A stretch of DNA of 64,000 nt from Lama glama (taxonomy: Eukaryota). Shown here piece by piece: positions 50,328-63,874 of the stretch. The stretch lies in assembly GCA_028534125.1 (NCBI GenBank), contig CM052817.1, forward strand, positions 23,748,001 to 23,812,000. The letters run 5' to 3'. Both the position numbers and the translations under genes were made by a program. Every line of letters begins with the position of its first letter. Positions within the stretch are counted from its first letter, which is position 1. The notes under the pieces were generated by a model. It was not told the origin of the DNA. It made no database searches and saw only the letters and a program-made list of their open reading frames with translations.

Positions 50328-50391
50328 CTGGGCAATAAAGACATTGGTCATCCACTCCATCTGAGTTTGTGAACTATCACAACACAGGTGC
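50328..50391 (-). CDS. ARAP2: ARAP2 internal coding exon (64 nt), PH domain C-terminal helix
   Basis: gttttgcag|G CAC CTG TGT TGT ... ATT GCC CAG|gtatga. Translates (W)HLCCDSSQTQMEWMTNVFIAQ and includes the conserved PH-helix Trp. Confidence 0.95.
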
Positions 50392-51469
50392 CTGCAAAAC
50401 AAGGTTTATAAAATATATAATTCAAGAAGACAATGGGATTCTCCAGTGTATTTGTTTGGTAAGTGATCATACCTCTTGGAGTTTCTTCTGATCAATGATG
50501 TAATGTAATCAAAATGGGAGTATTTCAGTACAAGCTGCTTTAGGCTTCTGTTGAGTGTATATTACCAAAATAATAGTGTAAATATGTTCATTTAAGCAAG
50601 ACATAGGTAAAGGGAGCTGTTGAAAAATGATCAGCAATATTTTTGGAAAGGCAAAAAGGTCAATGTCATTTGCTTTTTCAGGTACATAATGGTAAAATAT
50701 TTTCCCCCAGAAACTCTGAGCCTAAGAAGAAAAATATGTGCACATTTTCTTAAAAGCAGATTTTAAAAAAAAGGCTTAGAAGTCTCCATCATTATGATTA
50801 TAAACATTACTTTCCACCAGACTCACGAAAAATGAACTGAATGAAAAACCACTGCATGTCCAATAACACTGACTGAGTAACCTTTTATTGAAAACCTACC
50901 TAAAACAGAGATCTTGCCCTCAAGGTTCACATAGTCTATTAAGGGAGCCAGGAATGTAAACAAATAAATTATAACATGTGAGGAAAAGAGAAAGTGAAGT
51001 TAAACACAAACATAGAAACAAACAGCACACTTGGGGATGACTTGAAAGTTGTTTCCTGGCAGAGGAAAATAGTGTAACTGATGTTAGAATGGTATATGGA
51101 TATTTCAGTGTAATTATATTTTTTTCTATTCCTGTATTATAGATAATTTATTTGGAAAAATGTTAAAATGAAACATCTAAAAATAATTATTGCTTCTTTC
51201 ATTAGAGTCTCTTAAAAACAGTGTCCCTTCCCATTACCACATCAGGAAAACTGTTCTCTCCACAAATCATTTTAATTATGCACACATGGGTACAAAATAT
51301 TATAGATGCAAACAAATAATGATTAGAGCTGAGAGTTTTCTGATGAGACTTTTGGAGCATTTTGGCTAAGGTTTGAATACAAAATGACAGTTGTGTCTGC
51401 CAGATCAGCAGGAGGAGGATGAAGTGATGAGAAAAGTGAGTAGCAAACACTACGGAAGAAGGTACAGTA

Positions 51470-51990
51470 AAGGGACCGTGCAGATATGAAGCGGCAAGGC
51501 ATGCCTGGTGAACTAAAGACAGACGACTGTTTTATCATTAGGGAAAAAAGGGAAAGTCATGGGAGATAAAGCTGATGGACCCCCATGTTAAAGGGTCTCG
51601 TGTGCTGTGCTGACAATCCTGTACTTTATCCTGTAGGATTCACAGGAGAGTTTTAAAGCAGAAAAGAAGCATGATACATTTGAGAAAATCTCCTCTGGTG
51701 CTGGGTAGAGAACGTACCAGAAACCAAAAGCAAAGTCAGAGTCATGAAGAGCACTTAGGACTCCTGGAATCATCCAGGCAGATGAATGAAGGAGTGGCCC
51801 CATGGACAGAATGGGTCTGGGCGGATCAGAGAGAATTAAGAGGCAGATCCCCTGCAGGTCAGAGACTGACTAGACACAGGGAGGTGGGGGAGGAGGAATC
51901 ATCACCTGGCACAATGTCTACAGAGAGTGGCTAGATCCTGGTGACATCAATGGAAAAAAGTACCTCTATGGAAAGAACAGATTTGAAACC
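51470..51990 (-). mobile_element. L2 relic
   Basis: actttatcctgtagg...ggagagttttaaagcag...catttgagaaaatctcctctgg antisense L2 motifs. Confidence 0.65.
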
Positions 51991-52341
51991 AATATATGTA
52001 TTTTAATCTGAGTTTTGGCAAGTTGTTATCCTTTATTTAAAACTGAATTTTGCCTGCTTATCCCATAAAACCAGGGATTCCACATTTATATGATAACTAG
52101 GAAGAAATCACGTGTAATTTGTCATAAGAGGCATTGACAAACAGGATACATGGGACTGAAATGGACCTACACCCTGAAACAAATCTATTTTCCCCTTCTT
52201 AGGTCCAAAGTATCTAGAAAAGACTTTAACTTAGGTGAAACATTTCCTGTCTCTAGATCTATCTGCCAAAGAATAATGTTATTCATTTACTGACATTATC
52301 ATCAGTATGTCAAATCCAAAACCTGCCAGCTGTTAACTTAC

Positions 52342-52377
52342 CAGTGATGCTTTTCAGAATACGCTGTCAATCCCCAA
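52342..52377 (-). CDS. ARAP2: ARAP2 small coding exon (36 nt), PH domain
   Basis: catgatgcag|T TGG GGA TTG ACA GCG TAT TCT GAA AAG CAT CAC TG|gtaagt. Translates (S)WGLTAYSEKHH(W), phase 2-2. Confidence 0.93.
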
Positions 52378-53450
52378 CTGCATCATGTGGGAAAAAAAAC
52401 ACATGCATACATATTAAAAATGATACATTTCACAAGACTGAAAATAATTAGATGTTAAGAAGGTAATATTTAATGGTGGGAATGCATAATAGAATTGATA
52501 TTCACAATTGATGATTCATTGGGTGTGATTTATCTAGAGATAAAGATAAATATTAAGGGATTTGACTACAAATTTAAATATGTTGAAGAGAAACAGAGAA
52601 GGAGTCTTATGATGTTATGGGGCATGGGGTAAATCTCTCAGAGGATATTCTGGGCTGAGTAAGGACGGATGTCCAGGAAAATGGCCAAAAGACGATAATA
52701 TACATATTGATTTACTGATATTGTGAGAGATGAAAGAATGTGCCCATTGCAACACAGCTATATGTGCTGGGCTTACAAATTAAGCACAGAGGCAAAAGTG
52801 AGGACATTTTCAGTGATAGAATCTGAAACCATATTCAGTCCATTAAAACGATGTTTTATGATGTTAAAAATATTTGTGCCAACATCAACTAGCTAATCAA
52901 AGTAATCTGTGATAAGAACGTGTAGTATAACCTGAATGCTGGGTTGATTCAGGTGTTAAAGTGAAGCCAGGATTAAGAGGGATCTTCTTTCTACCATCTA
53001 TGTGCTATGGATTTATTACCAAATTTAGCAAAGCCAAAAGGGTGAATTGTAGAGCCAGGACCAAGATGTTCTAAAAGCCAAGGAAGCTGGAGGGCAGCAT
53101 TTGTCCTTCTGTGGGTAGACTTTTTTGCAACACTCCTTAACACCACGAGGATGTAACTGAGCAAGGAATGGGACATAAAGAAACCCATATGCTTCCCAGC
53201 AGACGGGGTCTTCTGGGGGTTTCCTGTTCTACACAGAGGACATGGATTCACCCAAGAGCTTGACTTGAGTGGAGACATCAACCTTCCTTATCCACCCACA
53301 CAGGCTCCCTGATCTGCCACAGATCCCCGGCCACCTGTCTGTCTAAAACTTAATTCATAAGAAGTTAGACTAGTGCCATGGATCCCCACTCCCTTGAATA
53401 GACATACTCTCCCGTGACTTTTTCAGCAACCCTTCCCTTCCAAGCTGTAC

Positions 53451-53533
53451 CTTGTTGGAGGCTTCATTTTCTTTTTCACTCCAAGATAAAACTTCATGGA
53501 ACTGAGAGAAAACATTTTGTCAGGTTTACTACT
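53451..53533 (-). CDS. ARAP2: ARAP2 internal coding exon (83 nt), PH domain
   Basis: ttcctttacag|AGT AGT AAA ... CCA ACA AG|gtacag. Translates SSKPDKMFSLSSMKFYLGVKKKMKPPT(S). The phase 0 start fits the previous exon. Not in the ORF track. Confidence 0.95.
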
Positions 53534-53761
53534 CTGTAAAGGAAAACAAAATAATTTGTAAGGAAACACATTTTTGAAATATCCTTACATTTTCCTTGAG
53601 AGTTAATAATCATGTTTAGAATTGTTTAGTTTCTTGAATGTTTCATGAACATAATACCAAGTTTTTAGTAAACAAAGATTGTTCTGATTACAATATTACA
53701 AATTTAAATAATTTTGGATATATACATATTTATAAATAAGTGTATATACAAACACATGCAT

Positions 53762-54440
53762 AAACAATAATTCCTTATTCAAAACATCTGGGACCAGAGT
53801 TTTATCAGAATTGATAATTTTTCAGTGTTTTCATATTTAAAAAAAAGAACAATATAATGTATATGCAATATATTCGGTAACTCAACCACACCACCAGTGT
53901 TGTCTAGGGCAGCACCCTGATTCAAATATATTCATATTTCTCTACAGATGCATGACATTTCATACAGTGTGAATAAATAAAGGCTAAAATATTGTTATGG
54001 GCTGAATGTTTATATCCCCTCCAAATTGAAATACAACCCCCAGTGTGATGGGTCGTGGGGGCTTTGGGTGGTAATGAGGTCATGAGATTGGAGCCCTCGT
54101 GAACAGGATTAGCGCCCTTTTAAAAGAGGCCAGAGAGCTAGCTCACTCTCTTTCTGTCATGTGAGGATACCAGAAGAGGGTGGTAGTCTACAGTTTAGAA
54201 GAAGAGCCTCACTAGAACCTAGCACACTAGCATCCTGCTCTCAGACTCCTGGCCTCCAGAACTGTGAGAGAGAGATTTGTTATTTATAAGCCACTTGGTC
54301 TATGGTACTTTTTTACAGGTGCCTGAACAGATTAAGACAAGTATCTTCATGTTGGTTTAGGTTAGGTTTTGCCACCAAATGGGTTATAACTTTCTGTACT
54401 TTTTGGATTTTGGAATTATAAAAAACAGACTGTGAAACTA
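53762..54440. mobile_element. MER46C-like Tigger MITE split by a MaLR LTR
   Basis: Left end ccttattcaaaacatctgggaccagag and right end ttttggattttggaattataaaaaacagactgtg. Confidence 0.6.
53993..54339 (+). mobile_element. MLT1A/MST-type MaLR solo LTR
   Basis: TGTTATGGGCTGAATG...GATTAAGACA. Flanks aatat / agtat form a 5-bp TSD with 1 mismatch. Confidence 0.88.
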
Positions 54441-54829
54441 TATGGGTATATACTGAACTACATCAAATATCCATATTCATGAAAATTTTCATGAGTAACT
54501 CATGAAAGTTGACCATGAAAAAGAATTTACATTTGTTCTAGATCAGTTATATATTCTCCATACACATCCAAACATATTTATCTGATTAATATTAAAAATT
54601 GTTTTTAAATCCTTGAACCATCAGGAAAGTTATCTGACAGAGGCAAAACTTAAATCATTATGCAAAAGTTAAAAACTTATTATCAAACCACACACACTTC
54701 ATTCTTTATTCTTGGAAACCCTGCAAAAGATTTTATAAAGACAATAGCCATGGAAATAATAATTAAAACAAGCTTTCCCCATATCCTAAAAATTTTCAAG
54801 GAAATCTTTTTTTTCAGTCTGGTAGACAG

Positions 54830-55110
54830 ACAGCATTTATAACCAAGAGCAAGGAGCCTGGGGTCAGAGACCTGAGTACAAATCTGGCTTGCTACTGGCT
54901 AGCTTGTGACCACACATTACTGCTCTTTGCTTAGTTATTATTTGTAAACAAGGATAAACATGTTGACTATCTCATGCGGTTATTGTGAAGATTAAATGAG
55001 AAAGTAAAGGGTTATTGTGAAGGGTTATTGTACAGATTAAACAAGAAAAATTGCCTTTAAAGGGTTTTGGCCACTAACTGACCACATACTAAGTGCATAA
55101 GAAATTACAG
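54830..55110 (+). mobile_element. MIR
   Basis: gggtcagagacctgagtacaaatctggc...ggttattgtgaagattaaatgaga. Confidence 0.7.
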
Positions 55111-58019
55111 CTATTACTATTATAAATTTAGGACACACTGCTCCATAGAAATAGGAAGACAGACAAGTTGTTAGAACCCTAGGACAATGCACAAAAGCCC
55201 ATTTAGCAAATACGTAGCTCAAATCAGTCCTAAATTCTATAAAAGTTAAACTATCCCTGTGAAGTCTTTAATGAAAGAAATTGAATTTGAAAAGTAAAGG
55301 GGAGAAAACATGTTTATAAAATTAAAAGTTGGTTTCCATGGAGGAAACAGGTAGAAGAATATAGAGGAAATATAGAGAAAAAAGGTAGGCAGGAAGGTCA
55401 GGAATTAAGCTTTGGGGACCAATGTTCCCTGCGGCAGTGATGATAAGGCCTGGAATTTACATGGTGGATTTACTTCTAGACACCCTTATCAATAAGTTTT
55501 CTATTATCATCATGATACATAACTTAAAAATAATATTTTGGACACTTTTCCTGTATGACTAGATTTCTTGAAATGGAACCACTGGGTCAAAGGCTAGGAA
55601 CATGATTAAGAATAAGATTTTGGCAAAATTGATCAGTTATGTTTACTTACACTTAAAACATATTCCTGAATCCACTAGCAATTTTCAGTTTTGACTTGGT
55701 CAACAGTTTATCCATGCATTTACTTATTGACATTAGTTCTTTATGTATCAAATAGGAAACTGTCTTATCTTTTTAAATGAAATATAGTTTACCCAGATTG
55801 CTTACTGCTTACTTTCTTTATTTTTATGAAGTCAAAAATATATTGATCTTTTGTTTTGGACTCTCTTAACTACCGCTTCACAAAGGGTTCCCACATAGCT
55901 GATAAATACTCAACTGCGTGGCCCTGCAGCTTGATGGGTTAGTGTTTTTAAAGTTTTAATTATTGTATCAATCTGGAGTATATATTTTACATACAATATA
56001 GATGAGAATTCAAGTTGAAAAAAAATTGTTAACAATGATCCCAGCCCTGTTTATTAAATCTTTCTTCAGACATGGATTTATGCTAGGATATTTATCAAAA
56101 ATAAATTGTAATAAACAATTACATATTTACCTCACTTTATGTTACCATTGCTAAACCTGTTTGTTTTTATGCCAGGATATTATCTAAGCTATTTTAATTT
56201 TATTGTATGCATAAATAGTTGGATGGGAAATACTTGACAATTATTTTACTTTTTATGCCGCCCAAATGTTTGCAAGAATTCTTATCTGTTTACCCTTTGA
56301 TGTGAATTATCAGGTCATTTTTTCCAAGTTCTACAAAAGAATTCCCTTTGGGATCTTGAAACGAATTACATTAAACTTACAGATCAATACTAGTAGACTT
56401 TAATTTTCTGTGATTTCTATCAGTGAAGTTCTGAGTTTTCTTCAAATCAGCTTCTTTTTCTTGTTTAGGCCATTTTCTGTTAGTTTGGTTTCGAGGTATT
56501 GATTTTTTAGCTCGCTACTTTACTGAATGTTAAGGAAAAACACTTGAAGTCTAACATGGAACAGTGAGGTAGCAAGTAGTATTCCATACAGAAGAGTCAA
56601 GGAGAGGAGAGCTTAGAAGTGTACATAGTAGCAGAGACCCCCGGGCCACCTCTGCCAGAGGTTAAATCAGATTACAGCTGAGGTTCATGTCCCTCCTCAG
56701 AGTTCAGACTGCCATTCCCCTGGACTCAGTCCCAATAGAGGCAGCCGCAGGGTCGGGTGGGAGGCAGCAATTCCAGCAGGATGAGTTAGATGCACATTTG
56801 AGAGTGAGATGCACTGCGCCTGAATGAGGCGGTCTTCATTTAAACAGGACGTTGGTAAGTCCAGGACTGCCTACATTCTGCAGCACTGTTGGCAATAATC
56901 TGAGAGTCTGAAGTAATACAACTGATTTGCAAGCCACTCCAGACATACAAGCTTGGGACTTTATTCCCTATCCTGTCCTAAGAGAACACAGATGACATAA
57001 TTTGAGAGGAGACCAGCCACTGGTGAAAAGAAACCTTTTTCAGCTTAAATCTTTAAACTGAATATGCATAAACAGGAACTGTAAGGATCCTCATGGGAAA
57101 TTCTATAAAAAGAAATCTTGTTTGGCAAGATAATTTTACTGTTGGTTTATGACAACTCTTTTGGTATATGCATTTTCTGGGGAATTTTTTCAAAAAGTTC
57201 AAGTGTTATGAAGTATGTAATGTGTGGCTTCAGGCACTATATTTCAAAAGAAAATTTTAACTAAGCCAATTAAATTAGTGTGCTTAAGAAATTATTCTTG
57301 TTTATAAGAGGAGTCTGCATGCAACTTTTAACGACCTCCCCTCTTCCCCATTTGCTTTTTTCACACCATTAACAGTGTAATGGTAATATTCTTTGAAACT
57401 TCTCACCTTCTATGTAAATCAAGTCTGAAAACATTTTAATTAACATTTTCTGTGCAGGGAAAACTCTCAAAACAAAATATAGCTTCCCTTGTGGATTACC
57501 CTAATTTGTTGTTAATGAGCATTCATAAATTATCTCTAATTAACACATAGTCTCTTTAAATATACTTTTCAACTTGTAATTTCTACTCCCTTCTCAGTAA
57601 ATCATTTTCTAAGTATATACAGGCACACATATATTAAGGGCAACTGTCAAAACCATAGTCAAATCTTTATTCAAATAAATCAGGGGATTTTTTACTACTG
57701 ATTATTTACTGTAAAGTCATTTGAAAAGTTAATAATTGCCAATGACTGGACCATCAATACTCAAAGGGAAGGACCAACAATATGCAGAAATAACCAGCCA
57801 AATAACATCATGTGTTGAAAATAACAGTAGTTGGAGTTTAAAGGAAACCCCGTTAAGTCGCTCATCGGTTTGCCTCAATGTGCAAATTAAAGTATCAGTT
57901 ACATTAATTAATTCTGATAGATGCATAAATACAACTTTCAAACACTTAATTAGACTATAATTCCATAACCTGAGGTCACTGTGACAAAAACAAAATGTGT
58001 TCAGTGTCTTTAAAGAACA

Positions 58020-58465
58020 TATCTGACAAATAGTGTATGATCTCCCTTAGTTGGAGAATCTAAAAAAGTCAAACTCACATAGAAGCATAGAGTAGAATGC
58101 TAGTTTCCAGGGGCTGGGAGTGGGAGGAATGGGGAGATGTTGATCAAAGAGTACAAAGTTTCAGTTATGAAGAATAAATAGGTTCTGGAGATCTAATGTA
58201 CAGCATGGTGACTATACTTAGTAATACCGTACTATATACTTGAATCTTGCTAAGAGTAGATCTTAATGTTCTCACCACAAACACACACAAAAAATATGTG
58301 AGGTAATGAATATGCTGATTAGCCTAGATGGTGATAATCATTTCACAATGTACATGTATATCAGAAGCGTCACACTTTGTAACAAATATACACAATTCTT
58401 ATTTGTCAATTATACTTCAATAAATGTGGGGAAAAATAAATATTACAAATGTTTAAAAAAAGAGA
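58020..58465 (+). mobile_element. L1MA-like 3' end
   Basis: gaatctaaaaaagtcaaactc...agttatgaagaataaataggttctggagatcta...tttgtcaattatacttcaataaa. Confidence 0.88.
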
Positions 58466-58570
58466 ACATTGTCTTTTAGCCAAGCTCTCGGTACTATCAC
58501 TGCCTACCAGTTTATATGAATTACCTTTGATTAAGCAGGATGATCCGTTCAAAAAGATACAAATTCTTAA

Positions 58571-58856
58571 CAAACTATGGTTACCAAAGGGGAGAGGGGC
58601 GAGAGATACATTAGGAGTTTGGAATTAAAAGGTACACATTACTATATATAAAACAGATAAACAACAGAGACCTACTGTATAGCACAGGTTGAACTATATT
58701 CAGTTTCTCGTAATAATCTATAATGGAAAAGAATCTGAAAATATATGTGTGTATATATATATATATACATATATTATATATATGTATAACCAAATTGCTT
58801 TGCTGTATATGTGAAACTAACATTGTAAATTAACTACACTTCAATAAAAAAATTTT
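58571..58856 (+). mobile_element. Short 5'-truncated L1 with a perfect 20-bp TSD
   Basis: caaactatggttaccaaagggg...taactacacttcaataaaaa. TSD AAAAAGATACAAATTCTTAA at 58551-58570 and 58857-58876. Confidence 0.92.
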
Positions 58857-59159
58857 AAAAAGATACAAATTCTTAAAACATATTCCATTAAGAGGTAAGA
58901 GATTCTTTAGCTCAATTACAAGTCATTCCATCTAAAAAAAATAATTTCTCCATGAAGAGGCTTCCTTTGGCAGATTTAAAAATGTACCTTAGCTTGGGGA
59001 AAACATTATAGAAAATTGAATTGTATGCAATGTCATAGTTGAAAATATTTGGTACTATTAAAATGAAGAACCATCCTCTTTAAATAAAATTCTGTCAGCA
59101 AGAACACCAAGCTAAAATAATAGAAAATTATTGTTTCTTTATTAAGTCCCTGCATAAAG

Positions 59160-59340
59160 CCTTTGGAATCAGACACCTGGGAAAGAATTCTGACTCTGTC
59201 ACTTACTGGCTATGTGATCTTGGACAAGTTATGTAGTATCTTGTAGGTTCATTTCTTCGTCTGTCAAGGGGGAATAATTATAATAACAGTTTCACAGGGT
59301 TATTGTAAAAATACAGTGAGACCATTGAAGTGACATGTAT
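59160..59340 (+). mobile_element. MIR
   Basis: ctttggaatcagacacctggg...ctctgtcacttactggctatgtgatctttggacaagtta...tcacagggttattgt. Confidence 0.8.
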
Positions 59341-60379
59341 AGAAGTCTGTTTTTCATGGATTAACCTCTCGAATGTCAGCTGCTCCTTTATGACTGCACT
59401 GGGATTACCACTAGTTGTTTCTAGCAAACTTCTGTTGCTACACAATGGAAGCGCTGGTTCCTAAGTAGGATTAAAAAGTCCAGGGTGATTTTTAAATACT
59501 CTAAGAAAACATCCAACTACAAAAGTGACCCTTAACCAACATGTTATGTAAATAGGAGGACAAGGATGAAGGAAGGAAGTCTAATGAAGATCAGGATGGG
59601 TGACTCACTGAAGAAAACCAAAGAAAATCCAATCTGACTCAGTTCCAGATGGCTAGGATCATCAGCTGTGAAGTTTAGCATTTCCTTTCACAAACACAAA
59701 CCTGAAGTTCATGAACCTTAAAATCTGCTGTGTTAAGTTCACATAACCCCAAATTCTTCAGTGCCTTATTTCTGCAAACTCTACTCTTCCTCTACTGGGA
59801 AAAGTGAAGAATGATAACACAGGATAATAAACGATACCAATCACTTGATACCCACACAGACTCCCTGCTAGGCCTATCAGATGGAACAACACAGCAGGAG
59901 ATCCAGTACCTAATATAATGCAGCTCTCTGCATAGAGGGGTAAAAGCTGCAGAATTCAGTGCCATTTTGTCAGCTCCCTTCCTGGACATTCCATTTTGAA
60001 GAAAGTGAATGTGGGATGTATATACAAAGCAGGAATGCTACTAAGATTTAGTTGTGTCCACTTGGAGGCTTCCCTGCTGGAGGAACATACAGGGACAGTG
60101 GTCAACATGGGTGGAAAGCTCAACAGAAGCCACAATAAAATGGGCGGTAGAACTTCCTTCCTTCTTCATAACATATTAACGGATGTCACTATTCTGGTCC
60201 TTCTTTGTAGATGTCCACCACACAACATCCTGAAGCACTGCACACTCGGAGTAGGCAAGCAATGATCACTCAAGGGAATTTTGTAATACAAGAGAAAAAA
60301 GCATCTTGAGGTCCGACTGTTACTCCACATTTAAAATAATTGCATGGGTACCTCTTGAATCTCAAGGAAGTGGAGATGC

Positions 60380-61245
60380 TCTCGTATATACCCATGTAAC
60401 CACCACCCAAAACTGGACAGAGAACACTTCTATCATCCTAGGAAGTACCCCCACTGAATCCATCTGCTTGCTTCTGTGGCAACCCTTCTCCACACCCCAG
60501 GCAAACATTCTGACTTCTATCACTGTAAACAGTTTTGGCTGTTCTTAGGCGTCTCATGGACAGACTCATATGGTACTATGTTGTGTTGAGCTTCTTTTGC
60601 TCAACAAGGATTTGAAGATTCACCCACATTGTTGCATTTATTCACTTTTATTGCTAAGTAGTATTCTATTGTCTGACTATATCATTTTCCTATTGATGGA
60701 CATGAGGAATGTTTCCACGTTTCAGTTTTTATGAATAAAGCTGCTTATGAACACTCTTGAACAAGCGCTTTAATGGACATAATACCTAGAAATAGAGCTG
60801 CAGGATCATGGGGTAGATGTATGAGTAACTTTACTTTAAAAACTTCCAAAAAGCTCTCCATAGTGATTGTGTGATTTTACCTTCCACCAACAATTTACGA
60901 GGGTTTTAGTTAATCAACACCTTGTCAATGTTAGGTGTTGTCACTCTTTATGATTTTAGTTATACTAATGAGGTATCTTATGGTTTTAATTTGCATTTCT
61001 CTGATAACTATGCTGAGCACTTTTGGTTCAATCACTTATTGGCCATTCCTATGTCTCCCCTCCTGTAGCGTCTGTCTAATACTTTACCCAGATTTTTATT
61101 GGGTTGTCTTTTTACTGTTGATTTGGAGGAGTTCTTTATAATTCTGCATATGAGGCCTTTTTCAAATATATATACTATGAATATATTTTTCGCAGTCTGG
61201 AACATGCCTATTCATATTCTTAGTGGAGTCTTTTGATGAGCATGC
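60380..61245 (-). mobile_element. Old L1 (L1MC/ME-like) 3' region
   Basis: cccatgtaaccaccaccca ... tggttttaatttgcatttctctgat ... ggagttctttata antisense L1. Confidence 0.8.
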
Positions 61246-62059
61246 TAATATATAAATATGTATTGATATGTATATATATGTGTATATATATGTATATAAA
61301 TTGAAAAACAACTTTTACATATATTCTTATTTCAACATTATAACAAACTGGCGTGTGGGACTCATACTATCATCATATTACAGACCCAGAAATTGAGGTT
61401 GAGAGTTTACGTTTCTTATTCATACAACCAACTTGGCAGATTTGAGATTTTCTGATGCTAAGTTCGATATTCTTATATCTACGCCCTCTTTTTTCATCTC
61501 CTTCCTCTCTCCATCCCTCAATTCTTTAATAAAAGCTTCTAGGGAATTCAAACTTATGGGGATATATCAATAAGATTCAATTAATAAATATGATACTACG
61601 AGTCAATTCATTAAAAAATATAGGGAATCTATTAATCAGATTTAATTTTTAATCAGACTTAAGATTTGGGTTTTGCCTTTTTATTCCATATTTTATTAAT
61701 TCCATTAGCTCAATTCAAGCTATTTTTGCCTTAAGGCCTGACACAGTCTCTTAATTTTATTGACTGAGATGCTGATTTATATGCTAGTCTATTTAACACA
61801 TATTAGAGTTTTCTCTAGGACTTAAATCATTCTCTGCACTAAAAAATATGAGGTGCTCAAAAAGGCCATATATGTTCTTTACTGTGTTTCTGGGTGCATT
61901 AATGTCATATGCCAGAAGCCGAAAGAAATCATCAGTTTCTTACGCATTTTACTTACTACAGGCCTTGACTTCCAAGAAAGAGGGCTGAGAGGTATGAAAT
62001 AAGAATGCTAATACCCACACAAAAATATATACATATTCAAATACTACATATACAAATAC

Positions 62060-62199
62060 CTTCGGATCCTTGTAAAGAAAGAGATATCCATCTCGTAAAA
62101 CAAAATACCGGTCTTGAAATTTATTTCCAGACAGTATTTTAGATGGTTCTTCTTTGATTTTCAAGAATCCCTCTTTGATACTTCCCAGGCCCTTCCTCT
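62060..62199 (-). CDS. ARAP2: ARAP2 internal coding exon (140 nt), start of the last PH domain
   Basis: Acceptor ttttacag|AG AGG AAG and donor CCG AAG|gtattt. Translates (x)RKGLGSIKEGFLKIKEEPSKILSGNKFQDRYFVLRDGYLFLYKDPK, which matches my recollection of ARAP2 (GSIKEGILKIKEEPSKILSGNKFQDRYFVLRDG). The upstream exons lie outside the window. Confidence 0.95.
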
Positions 62200-62429
62200 C
62201 TGTAAAATACAAATTTTACTTTTGTAAGTTAGGTACATTTTCATTTATTTGGAATAGAATATGAAACATTTGTGTATATCTTCAGTTTTGATAATATAAA
62301 GTAATAGCTTGTGTCTTACCATTAAGAAGAAGCCTCCAGTGAATTTCTGGGAACACCCTGTGTCAGGGGAGTGTCAGGCAACTCACAGATCCAGATCTAT
62401 TTATAATCTATTTACAATATATAGGCCTG

Positions 62430-62700
62430 TCTATGCTGTCCAGTTAGCTACTGGCTAATAAGTGCTTGAAACATGGTTAGTCTCAATTGAGACGTTCTAT
62501 GAGTATAAAATACATACCATACTTTGAAGACTTAGTTATCCTCTCCATAAAAATCACAATTTTATAATATTGATTATGTGTTGAAGGGGTTTTACTAATA
62601 TATTCTATTTAAACTTATGCCCAAAATATTAATTGCACCTGTGCACGTGTACATATGTGTGTATAAATGTGGCTACTAGGTAATTAAAAATTATATAATC
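62430..62700. mobile_element. MER33-like hAT-Charlie element
   Basis: gtgcttgaaacatggttagtctcaattgagacgttctatgagtataaaatacatacc...aatgtggctactag. Confidence 0.7.
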
Positions 62701-63874
62701 AGCTTGCATTGTATTTCTTTTGAACAGCACTCATATAAACAATGCAAATGCACAGATAAAAGGGAAACCTCTTTTGGGTTTCTGAGTCAGGAATCCAGAA
62801 ATTCTTAAGGCATTTGAGAAATTTCTGTACCTGTGAAACCAGCAAGGGTAAATACGACAGAACTGATAATAACACTTGTGCGATACTGCTGGTGTCCCAC
62901 ACTTGGAAAGCATCTCAACAATTCTATTCAAAGCCACTTCTGGGGTAAGAAAACCATGTTGTATTTGTATAAATGTATCACTGTATCTCCAGTACACAAC
63001 TTTCTTCTTGAAATCCTGACAATATCCAACTGTCTCCATGAGAACTGAGGAACAGTGGAAAGAAAAGGAACCTGAAGGCCAACAGCCATGACACGGTCAC
63101 TGTGGGGTCAGCTCCTGCTTCTCCAGTACAACAGGAGTAATGGCACTCATCCTGCAGGCTGTTGTGGTCCTCATGTTAGATGGCATCCCCAAAAAATGTA
63201 GGGCAGGACACTCCATCAGGATGAGGACCTTTAGTAATTTCCTGGTATTAAGGTGATAGAGTTTTTAAATATTCATGCATAGTTTCTAAAATTTACAAGA
63301 TAACTTGAATGATTTTAGAAGGAACTCTTAGTCTTAAACCTAGTAATTCCTTGGTTTGGGGAAACCTTAACTTACACAGCAAATAATACACAGACGTTCA
63401 CAATTACAGTTAGCATAAGAAAACAAGAGCTTAAAAAAAATCGTTCTTAATAACTCCACAGAATGATGACCTGGAAGCAAAAATCCCCAGGGTAAACACA
63501 TCCTGATCCTATCCAGAAACAAAGGTAATTAACAAGACCCAATAGTTTCCATGATGTACATTGCTGGTCACAGACAATGTTCTTTTAATCACACTGTCAT
63601 ATTAAAATAGGTTCTTTTTAGGTAGTTTCTGACTTAAAACTAATTTGTGAAAAATATATTGCTGAATTATGTCTCCTGGAACAATCCCTTAATATTCAAC
63701 TTCATAGAAAAATATTTTAAATAATCTTTTATAGCTAAATAACTTCTACTTGAATTACAAATAACACCTTTTCAATTAAAAGACTTGAAAGAAAACATTT
63801 TACTGCAATGAGAAGATCAAGAAAAAAACAAACATTATATAAAACTAGTATTCAGCAAAATTCACATGACATCA

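Noticed and set aside
52991..53281. 96-aa minus-strand ORF as an extra ARAP2 exon
   Set aside because: The flanking exons already join in frame (PPT-S-WGLT) and the peptide resembles nothing in ARAP proteins that I recall.
61949..62212. 87-aa ORF as a standalone gene
   Set aside because: It is the ARAP2 exon 62060-62199 read through into flanking intron. Splice sites delimit the homologous part.
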